A DNA stretch of 64,000 nucleotides from an uncultured Candidatus Saccharibacteria bacterium. GTDB taxonomy: Bacteria; Patescibacteriota; Minisyncoccia; Phycocordibacterales; UBA2100. This document shows positions 20,331 to 27,916 of the stretch, piece after piece. The position numbers and the translations under genes were made by a program. Every line of letters begins with the position of its first letter. The stretch's first letter is position 1. The DNA lies in NCBI GenBank assembly GCA_964399865.1, contig CAYNRJ010000001.1:330050-394049 (forward strand). Direction: 5' to 3'. The notes under the pieces were generated by a model, which was not told the DNA's origin, made no database searches, and was given only the letters and a program-made list of their open reading frames with translations.

Positions 20331-23180
20331 TTACGCTTCACAATTAATTACCGAGTTGTAACCGATACCGGCGCTGCATGTATCGGTGTCCGCCCCGCCA
20401 TCAATGGTGTCGTTGCCGGTGCCTGCAGTTATGGAGTCATTTCCAGCACCCGACTTGATGTTGTTATGACCTCCACCCGCGTCGATAACATCATTACCGG
20501 AGCCCGTTGTTATCTGATCACCTTTGACTCCCGCTGTAATATTTTTGTTACCATTTCCTGTCACGATCTTGTTGTACCCATCGCCTGCATGGATCGTCTG
20601 TACTCCGTCACCTGTTGTGATGTTGTCGGCGTCAACTCCTCCTACGATGTATCCTGAGCCGTTACCTGTCACGATCACGTTGTATCCATCTCCTGCGCTG
20701 ATCGTGAAGTCACCGTTGCCGAGAGTTATCTTGTCAGTCTTAGCGCCTGTGCAGACGATGTAGTTTCCATCAGCAGGTCCGTTCACTATGTCGTAACCTC
20801 CGTGTCCCACGAACATCGTGAAAGGAACTATGGTGACATCGTCGTTACCTACTGTGCCGTTCTGAAGTGTGTAGCCAAGTGGTGCTACTCCTGGGGTGCT
20901 GCACGCATTCGCTGGAGGTGGCACGACCGGTGGAGCCGCGTTGTCGTCATTGGTGATCGTACACGTCACGTTCTCTCCAGCGGCGACAGTGACCGTATCA
21001 CCATCATTCTGTAATGCCGCGCCGGTGCAGACCCATGCACTTCCCGTGTAGCCTGACGGTCCTGATTCTGAGAGATCGTACACGCCCGGAGTAACGACTG
21101 CGTTCGTGACGTTTGCATTACCCTCAACACCCGAGATCGGAGTAGGACCATTTGCACTGAGTGTCCACGCAGTATCGATCTCTGTACCAGTGTCATTGTT
21201 GTTTACGATCTTTTGGAGCGTAAGTGTTCCTGTCGCTGGAGCTGGAGCGCATGTTTCGTTCCAGACGATAATGTATGTATCGGACGTTATGCCTGTAAGA
21301 ACAGCGCTCGAAGATGTCGCAGCTCCTGCAGCAGCAAGTTCTGAACTGCCTACTGAATACCCTGTGAGCGCGAATGGCTTGCCTTCGACACAACTTGCTC
21401 CGACGTTTGATCCTGTCAGGTCTTCTGCAACGGAGTAATCAGCGCCGCTCGTCATGTCTGCGGTTGTCGCTTCGTACTCGTTAGGATTGTTGAAACCTGT
21501 AGTCGAAAGATTGAACGAACCGGAACCTGCGCCGATGTTGGTCGCTGCCCACGATGCATTCATTGGGAATGACGCATTGTCTGCGTTCACTGCAGTTGCA
21601 TGCACGCCGTCCACATATTTGACGATCGTAACCGTAACATCTGGTGTAGCCGCTGCTGGTTCGAAGTCGAACACCTTTCGAGTGGAGTTCGTTTCAAATA
21701 CGAACTTATCGATGTTTTCGGTGTATCCGTCAACATACGGCTCGCCTACACGAAGTCCGAGCCAAGAGTCAGTCACCCTCATGCGAATACCTGGGTACGA
21801 TGCGAGAAGATCATTCCAGCTACGCGGAGTTGTTCCTGCAGTCGCTGTTCCCGGCCATGTTGCGCCAGAGTAACGATACATCGCAGCACCGTCCTGCACT
21901 GCATCCCATTCTTGCCACGTATCCTGAACTACCGTGCCATTGTCAGATGGGAGGAATACGAGTCGTCTCTGCCACGTGTCTGTGCCGTTAAAGTCGACAT
22001 TGAAGTTGAGGTAGGCAGATCGATCTGCGCTCCCTCCGTTTCCTGCTGAAGGATTGTAGGTGCTGAAGCGCATCTCACGGATAGAGCTTAGGGGTGTACC
22101 ACCGAATTGATACGTCGCAAGATTGCGGCGCTCAGAACCAGTAACACTTATCTGTGCGCTACCGTCACCAAGCGGAGTAGTGTCCGGTCCTGCAACAAAT
22201 GAACCGAGCCCGTTGTCTACCGTATCGTTCTCATCATTGTAGAAGAACCATTTGTCGAGTCCGCCCGCGTATACATCGCCAGGAAGTGGACCGTTAGGAT
22301 CAAGATCCGCAGCGCGAACGACGATTGTGTCTTCTGTCACCGCAGTAGCACCAGAAGAAGAAAGATTCACGTTGTCGATAAGGTAACCCATGCCAGCTGT
22401 GGCCGGCGCCGCTGCCCCGCCCGCGCGGAAAAGAAGCGCGCGAACGACGCGACTCTGATTTACGAGGTTCGGGTTCGATTCGTTGTCAAAGCGGTAGTAG
22501 TTCTCCCATGTAGTACCCGTGTGAACGAGTACGTCGTTGTGGTAGATCTTGACGACATCGTTCGACGGACCGTCGACGAAGTCAATGACAAATTTGAATT
22601 TATGAGTAACTGCGCGCGAAAGATTGTCAGCAATAAGTGTCGGGGAGAATGTCGCTGGATCGATGACGGAAGTAACATCGTAGAATGTTACATCAATACC
22701 ATCTGGGGTATCCGCGAAACTGAGGTAGCTCATACGTGCACCGTCACCACTATCAGGAGAAACAGAGAGGAATAGGCCCGGTTGTTCAACGAGAGTCATT
22801 GGACGGATCTCAAACTCCGCTTCAAAGTGCGGCTGGCGTGTACCACCGAATGAAGTGGATTGTGCATCCGATTCTCCTGCCTCATCGACGAGATGCTTCG
22901 AGAATGTTTGATCACCGAAAGAACCGCTTGTTACCGCGTTTGAGAAACGGAGCGATTGCGAGCCGAATCCAGGCACGCCATATGAACTGGTAACTGCAAC
23001 ATCATAGCCACCAGTCTTTGTCCACCCATCTTGACCATTGATATTCCCGAGCGCGTACGTCGGGCTTTCGAATGCGACGTCTGCGCTGTCAGCGAATGCG
23101 GAGAACGCAAACAGTCCGGCCGCGCCGAGTGCTACCGCGAGCACGATGGTTCCTACTGTGATGGATAATTTTCTTGTCAT
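20331..23180 (-). CDS. Secreted adhesin-like protein with beta-sandwich domains, SpaA/prealbumin-like Ig domain and C-terminal RTX-like Ca-binding repeats
   Basis: Signal peptide; GTLTLQKIVNN...CTITNDD; GxGxDxI repeats (GSGNDVIDAG, GAGNDSITAG, GTGNDTIDGG). Confidence 0.82.
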   Translation of the reverse strand: MTRKLSITVGTIVLAVALGAAGLFAFSAFADSADVAFESPTYALGNINGQDGWTKTGGYDVAVTSSYGVPGFGSQSLRFSNAVTSGSFGDQTFSKHLVDEAGESDAQSTSFGGTRQPHFEAEFEIRPMTLVEQPGLFLSVSPDSGDGARMSYLSFADTPDGIDVTFYDVTSVIDPATFSPTLIADNLSRAVTHKFKFVIDFVDGPSNDVVKIYHNDVLVHTGTTWENYYRFDNESNPNLVNQSRVVRALLFRAGGAAAPATAGMGYLIDNVNLSSSGATAVTEDTIVVRAADLDPNGPLPGDVYAGGLDKWFFYNDENDTVDNGLGSFVAGPDTTPLGDGSAQISVTGSERRNLATYQFGGTPLSSIREMRFSTYNPSAGNGGSADRSAYLNFNVDFNGTDTWQRRLVFLPSDNGTVVQDTWQEWDAVQDGAAMYRYSGATWPGTATAGTTPRSWNDLLASYPGIRMRVTDSWLGLRVGEPYVDGYTENIDKFVFETNSTRKVFDFEPAAATPDVTVTIVKYVDGVHATAVNADNASFPMNASWAATNIGAGSGSFNLSTTGFNNPNEYEATTADMTSGADYSVAEDLTGSNVGASCVEGKPFALTGYSVGSSELAAAGAATSSSAVLTGITSDTYIIVWNETCAPAPATGTLTLQKIVNNNDTGTEIDTAWTLSANGPTPISGVEGNANVTNAVVTPGVYDLSESGPSGYTGSAWVCTGAALQNDGDTVTVAAGENVTCTITNDDNAAPPVVPPPANACSTPGVAPLGYTLQNGTVGNDDVTIVPFTMFVGHGGYDIVNGPADGNYIVCTGAKTDKITLGNGDFTISAGDGYNVIVTGNGSGYIVGGVDADNITTGDGVQTIHAGDGYNKIVTGNGNKNITAGVKGDQITTGSGNDVIDAGGGHNNIKSGAGNDSITAGTGNDTIDGGADTDTCSAGIGYNSVINCEA

Positions 23181-23212
23181 ACTGTTTCTTTTAACATTAA
23201 TAAAACTAATAA

Positions 23213-23650
23213 TTAGCGAGTGCGTCCCGTGGAATCAGTGCATCCGGTCCGTGTGCGACCATCGCACGAAGGTGTCGGAGCAGTCGGGGTCGGGTTCTCA
23301 GCTGGTGGAGTTGGCGGTGTTGGAGGAGGCGGATTAGTTGGACCGACATTCACTTCGTGAACGTCGACATTTTCATCACCTGTCGTGACATTGCCACCGG
23401 AGTTACCGCCAGTATCAACTTCGCCAGTAGTCTGACTTGTGATTCCACCTGGATTGTGTGCAGGAGGAAGAATTGTGACAACGGGAGCTGGAGTAGGAAT
23501 CGGTGCTGGAGTGAGATCAACCGTTCGTCCTGATGTCCCCCGACTACGTAGATCTTGCGTGTCTGCGTAGGCGCTCACGGCGAACGCGAAGGACGCAAGT
23601 CCCGCGAACACGAAGAGGGTTCCTACGAGTGCTGAAGTTATTTTTGTCAT
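23213..23650 (-). CDS. Secreted Pro/Thr-rich protein with one TGxN/TGD repeat
   Basis: Start moved to MTKITSAL (23650), which begins a signal peptide; VDTGGNSGGNVTTGDENV; C-terminal Cys pair. Confidence 0.72.
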   Translation of the reverse strand: MTKITSALVGTLFVFAGLASFAFAVSAYADTQDLRSRGTSGRTVDLTPAPIPTPAPVVTILPPAHNPGGITSQTTGEVDTGGNSGGNVTTGDENVDVHEVNVGPTNPPPPTPPTPPAENPTPTAPTPSCDGRTRTGCTDSTGRTR

Positions 23651-23687
23651 ATGTCTAGTTTCCTTTACGTAGCCGGTAATACTCTTT

Positions 23688-23837
23688 TTAGCGGAAGCGC
23701 GCAAAGGCAGCACCGATATCATTTAATACAGATGGAGCTGATGGTGTGCGTACGCATGCGAACGCAAGCATCGGTGTGAGGAGGAGGACAACGACTGCGA
23801 GAGCGAGAAAACCTTTCGTAGAGAGAATCTTTTTCAT
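23688..23837 (-). CDS. 49-aa secreted peptide not in the ORF track
   Basis: Translated by hand: MKKILSTKGFLALAVVVLLLTPMLAFACVRTPSAPSVLNDIGAAFARFR; fills the gap between operon genes. Confidence 0.7.
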   Translation of the reverse strand: MKKILSTKGFLALAVVVLLLTPMLAFACVRTPSAPSVLNDIGAAFARFR

Positions 23838-23856
23838 ATCTATATTTTTGTTCTAC

Positions 23857-24357
23857 TTAGCGAGTAATTCTAATAATCGTGACATTGATGGCGTTCAAAG
23901 CGTTTGCGTTCGATACTCCACTTCCAGCATGTACCAATCCCCCAGGAGCAGCGCCGCCGCCGTTTCCTCCATTGCCTCCATTGCCTGCCGTAGCGCCTCC
24001 GTTATTACCACCATTTCCTCCAGCGCCACCCGCTGAAGAAGCGTCGGCTCCGTTGTCGCCATCGGACTGATCACTCGAAGTTGTGCCACCTGTGTTCGAG
24101 TTCTCATCGGCCGGCGTCGTCTCAGGCTGTCCACCACGAGTTCCGGCAAACGTGAGTCGAGAAATTACATTACTTTCTGGATTCGCGTTGGAAATACCTG
24201 TGCCCGCTCTTAGGAGGGAGTTTCCTCCACCGAGAGTTGAGCTCATCGCGATTGCGGCATGCGTGCGGAGCGGTGCAAAGAACAACACGGCTGCGAGTAT
24301 GGGTAATGCCAAGGCGAGGAGGACCTTTATCTCGAAAGTCATGTTTGTTCTTTCCAT
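23857..24357 (-). CDS. Secreted Gly-rich protein, paralogue of 24500..25204
   Basis: Signal peptide; shares NNGGATAGNGGNGGNGG...GGLV and the terminal N.INVTIIRI strand. Confidence 0.8.
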   Translation of the reverse strand: MERTNMTFEIKVLLALALPILAAVLFFAPLRTHAAIAMSSTLGGGNSLLRAGTGISNANPESNVISRLTFAGTRGGQPETTPADENSNTGGTTSSDQSDGDNGADASSAGGAGGNGGNNGGATAGNGGNGGNGGGAAPGGLVHAGSGVSNANALNAINVTIIRITR

Positions 24358-24413
24358 ATTATTTTTTGTTGAGACTACTAACTCTTTCCCTCTCTGAAGC
24401 CTCGTTTCCCGTC

Positions 24414-24466
24414 AGACCTCATGAGAAGGAGGGACTCCCTCTTTGCAGAGTTTGTCCCTACCTCCC
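24414..24466 (-). promoter_or_regulatory. Intergenic hairpin with conserved 21-nt tail (copy 2)
   Basis: Same 21-mer as 19814-19834 with a different stem-loop interior. Confidence 0.6.
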
Positions 24467-24499
24467 GCTTTACCTTCTCTAACTTAGAGAAGACAAAGA

Positions 24500-25204
24500 C
24501 TACATGCGAACGCGGACGAATGTCGTGTTCAGCAAGTTGATCGAGCCAGAAGTGCTTGAAGCATTTCCAGTTCCGATAGTACCGCCAAGACCTCCTGCGC
24601 CACCTGCGCCACCAGATCCTGCCTTAGCACCACCGTTGTTCTCGCTTCCAACACCACCATCGATTACACCGCCGTTGCCTGCATTGCCGCCTGCGCTACC
24701 AAGAGCGAGGTTCTGGCCTGTGCGAGCACGTGCCTGTGTTGTGTTATCGATTGTGTTAGCAGTGTCATCGTTGTCGACATTAGCTACGATAGTGACGCTG
24801 TTGAGGTCGCCACATTCACAGTCGAATGCAACTTCGAGATCTGTTCCGTTGAGACCGTTCTCAGTACCAGATTCAGATGTAGCGTTGCCCGTCTGAACGA
24901 GTCCGCCTGCACCGCCGTTACCACCGTTACCGCCGTTACCAGCAGTTGCTCCGCCGTTGTTCTCGCTGCCAGCTGAAGAAACGCCGCCACCGAGACCACC
25001 AGCTCCACCGATAGAACCTAGAGCAAGGTTCTGACCTGTGTGAGAGTCAGCCTGTGTTGTGTTAGTGATCGTGCCACGATTTGTGACGTTGATCGTAACG
25101 CTTGAGGAATTAACTGCTGCGAAAGCTGGAGTAACGAAGGAAAAGACCATCGCTACTGCTGCGATAACAGCGAGAGATGAATTCAATGCGATTGATTTTG
25201 TCAT
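24500..25204 (-). CDS. Secreted Gly/Asn/Thr-rich two-repeat protein (candidate fibre subunit)
   Basis: Signal peptide ending AFA; two repeats NTTQAxxxTGQNLALGS-[GGx]n-GGxxxTGNAxSxSGxxNxLNxT separated by CEC. Confidence 0.85.
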   Translation of the reverse strand: MTKSIALNSSLAVIAAVAMVFSFVTPAFAAVNSSSVTINVTNRGTITNTTQADSHTGQNLALGSIGGAGGLGGGVSSAGSENNGGATAGNGGNGGNGGAGGLVQTGNATSESGTENGLNGTDLEVAFDCECGDLNSVTIVANVDNDDTANTIDNTTQARARTGQNLALGSAGGNAGNGGVIDGGVGSENNGGAKAGSGGAGGAGGLGGTIGTGNASSTSGSINLLNTTFVRVRM

Positions 25205-25239
25205 ATTATTTTTTTGAATTATTTGATTTTTTGTAATCT

Positions 25240-25494
25240 ACTGTCTTCGTACTTGCGTACAACTGACAGTTTATCGACCATTAATTGTGAACTTGTGCAG
25301 TTCACGGCACGAATCATCCTCGGATGATTCGTGCCGTACCCTTCACCGAGCTCGAAATTTTAATAACGCAAAAAAAGCGAAGCCTCGCGAGAGTGCTTCG
25401 CCATTTTTGTTTCCGTATTCTTTTTTTGCGGTGAATTTCTGTGTAGCGGTCATATTGAACCGCTGGTTTCCTACGCCGCGCGCGCACGCAACGT
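25240..25494 (-). promoter_or_regulatory. Long structured 5' leader with internal terminator (attenuator-like)
   Basis: Several hairpins; on the minus strand gcgaagcactctcgcgaggcttcgc is followed by a 7-T tract at about 25370-25401. Confidence 0.6.
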
Positions 25495-25500
25495 GGGAGG

Positions 25501-25529
25501 ATTATCCTCCCGCCCTACTAGCGTGTCAA
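25501..25529 (-). promoter_or_regulatory. Sigma70-like promoter
   Basis: Minus strand TTGACA-17 nt-GATAAT; the -10 lies in the palindrome gggaggattatcctccc. Confidence 0.6.
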
Positions 25530-25926
25530 GAAAATAAGCCCTTAAACCCGGCTTGGATACAAATAAATATCACCGTCAAGTTTGTTGCGTAATATTTTTT
25601 TATGAATTTGTGTGTACCACGTCACGAAGAAATATTTTTGTATACAGTACGTCTAAGAAATACACCAAAAATACACGCTAGGAGCGTTATAATTTCACAA
25701 GATGGAAGCGGTGAGGCCGTAAAGTGGGCCCAAAACCTGGGGAAACCAGCGCAAAGCTGCCAGCTTCGGGCCCACTTTAAAGCCCCATGCGAGAGAAAGC
25801 GAAGTGTGATGACTTAAGAATTCGACTTCGCGGCTTCCTCACGAATCTACATGCCTCAAACTTTGAGACATCCGGCGGCATCCTATACAACCGCTCTACA
25901 TTGTCAACAAAAATCTGACGTCGAGG

Positions 25927-25961
25927 GAAAACAAAACTCCCGGAGTGGGAGTTTTGTTTTC
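25927..25961. terminator. Rho-independent terminator
   Basis: gaaaacaaaactccc-ggagt-gggagttttgttttc, just after the 25973 stop. Confidence 0.8.
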
Positions 25962-25972
25962 AAAATCACGAC

Positions 25973-27730
25973 TTACTCACTAGCGCCTCCGCCAAAAAAT
26001 CCACGCACGCGCTCCCAAATGCTTTTCTTCCCCGTCGCAGGAGTTTCTACACTCGTAGCACTCGTTGCAGTCACGTTAGAAGAAGCTTTCGAAGTCGCAG
26101 CTGAAGTCTGTGGCTTTGGAACTGCTGAAATCTCTGGCACTGATTGCCCCGCACGTGTTCGCTCGATGACACTTTGCTCAGCAGCCGTGAGTGGGAACTG
26201 ATTTGTGCCTCGGCAATAGATCTCATTTACCTTTTTACGAGTCGTGAGATACACGAATCCTGTAGACTCCCCTATACCCCACGGCGTGAGTATCTCGGAA
26301 GCGTACTTCGTCTGGAACGCATGGACCGCAGCGACCGTCGCTTCGTCGAATACCCCATTCATCTGAATGTTCGACTTCTCAAACTCTATGAGCACATACT
26401 GAAGTCGCTTTACTTGCTCCGCGTTATTCACACGACCTAATCGAATAAATTCAGTTAAATATCGGTCACATGATTCCGTAGGAGAAACGGTAGGAGGAAC
26501 GATTGGAGTTGAGGTCCCAAGAACTTGGGAGATAACTTGGTTTGCTATCGCGCTACCTCCACCTCCTCCGCCACCGCCTCCTCCACCCCCATTATTTTGA
26601 GTACCTCCATTTGAATTTGATTCATCATCATCGGAAGCATTAGCGCAACCTGCGTCCGCGAGATCGATCGCGCCATCATTGTCATTGTCCCTATTATCTG
26701 AGCACGCAGTCGTTGCTGCGGGTGGCGTGTTTGTCTCGTCATTGTCCGTAGAGCTTGAGCAGCCCGGATCTGCCATGTCTACGAGAGTGTCGCCGTCGTT
26801 GTCCGTGCCATCTGCGCATGCCGGTGCAGTACCAGGAGCGATATCGTTGCTTGTGATGGTGCACATCTTCGTTTGTCCTGCTGTAACGGTAATTTCTCCG
26901 GCGGCATTACAGTCACCGCTAAAGGTGGTGGTGTAGTTTGCTTTCGTCGCTCCCTGAATCGTCCACGTACCAGCGCTCGTAAGCTCCGTTGGAGTACCCT
27001 GTGAAATTCCAACAGAAAATGAAGTATTCGGAGACGTCTGCGTAACACTGAGAGAGTAGCTGGAAGGAGTGCTCGTGCCGCTATTATCATTCACCACAAC
27101 TAGGGTGACTGTAATCTTTGGCCTGAAACTTGCGCAGTCTGGGTCTAGAAGGTCGACAAGCGAGTCGCCGTCGTTATCGACTCCATCGGTACAAAGCGCG
27201 AGGGTGTTTTCATTCCCTGGCGTTGGAGGTGGAGGAGAAGCCTGGTAGGTATTCGTGATTGTGCATGAGGAAAGACGCCCTGATTGCACGGTTACCTGGC
27301 CACTCGAATTACAATCCCCACTGAACGAAGCGGTGTAATTCGCTGGTCCACCGGATTCGCTCACGGTGTACGCACCTGGAGGCATATTCCCATACCCTCT
27401 GCCTATCGAAGCCCCCGCTTGCGGACTTCCATCTATATCGGCACCGTTACTCTTGATATGAATCTGGAAGTTGGCAGAAGATGCCGTACCTCCGACTACT
27501 ATCTTCTTAACTTCAAGCCCTCCGCGTTCTGAACATCCCGGCCTGAAAGGCGGAAATGTAACGGTCGCCTGCTGGTGGACCTGATTAAGTTCTGTAAAAA
27601 TCTTACAAACTATCTGCTGTGCGAGGCTTTCTGCCTCTGCATGACGCTGGTTTCCCAAGAAAGTTGCGCTCATCGCGAGGAGTACTACCGCAAGGATAGC
27701 TCCCGCACGAGCAATTCGTGACAACGTCAT
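25973..27730 (-). CDS. Secreted surface protein: prealbumin-like Ig domains, CxDxxDNDxDxxxDxxDxxC repeats, C-terminal PG-binding-like domain
   Basis: Signal peptide; three Cys/Asp repeats; poly-Gly; QVLG; EQVKRLQ...TVAAVHAFQTKYASEILTPWG. Confidence 0.85.
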   Translation of the reverse strand: MTLSRIARAGAILAVVLLAMSATFLGNQRHAEAESLAQQIVCKIFTELNQVHQQATVTFPPFRPGCSERGGLEVKKIVVGGTASSANFQIHIKSNGADIDGSPQAGASIGRGYGNMPPGAYTVSESGGPANYTASFSGDCNSSGQVTVQSGRLSSCTITNTYQASPPPPTPGNENTLALCTDGVDNDGDSLVDLLDPDCASFRPKITVTLVVVNDNSGTSTPSSYSLSVTQTSPNTSFSVGISQGTPTELTSAGTWTIQGATKANYTTTFSGDCNAAGEITVTAGQTKMCTITSNDIAPGTAPACADGTDNDGDTLVDMADPGCSSSTDNDETNTPPAATTACSDNRDNDNDGAIDLADAGCANASDDDESNSNGGTQNNGGGGGGGGGGGGSAIANQVISQVLGTSTPIVPPTVSPTESCDRYLTEFIRLGRVNNAEQVKRLQYVLIEFEKSNIQMNGVFDEATVAAVHAFQTKYASEILTPWGIGESTGFVYLTTRKKVNEIYCRGTNQFPLTAAEQSVIERTRAGQSVPEISAVPKPQTSAATSKASSNVTATSATSVETPATGKKSIWERVRGFFGGGASE

Positions 27731-27796
27731 ACTCTTTTTCGCTACATTAATAATTTCCTATATCAAGAGACGAGGAAAGATGCTATTCCGGGCTAC

Positions 27797-27824
27797 AGAA
27801 TATGCTCAGTCTAGTCTCTGTCAA
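27797..27824 (-). promoter_or_regulatory. Sigma70-like promoter
   Basis: Minus strand TTGACA-16 nt-TATTCT, upstream of 27730. Confidence 0.45.
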
Positions 27825-27916
27825 CGAAAATCAGTATGACGACACTTTAAATCCCAATTGACAACTCCTCTTAACGCAGCGAGGCAGAGCCTCGCTGCAT
27901 TTTCATGCCTACACGT

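Noticed and set aside
16837-24896. Pro-rich plus-strand ORFs (e.g. 16837..17229, 23879..24070, 24504..24896)
   Set aside because: They are shadows of Gly-rich minus-strand genes.
25725-25765. c-di-GMP-I riboswitch resemblance (aaaacctggggaaaccagcgcaaagc)
   Set aside because: It is on the + strand, opposite to the downstream operon, and lacks the GGGAC segment and a recognisable P2 with tetraloop receptor.
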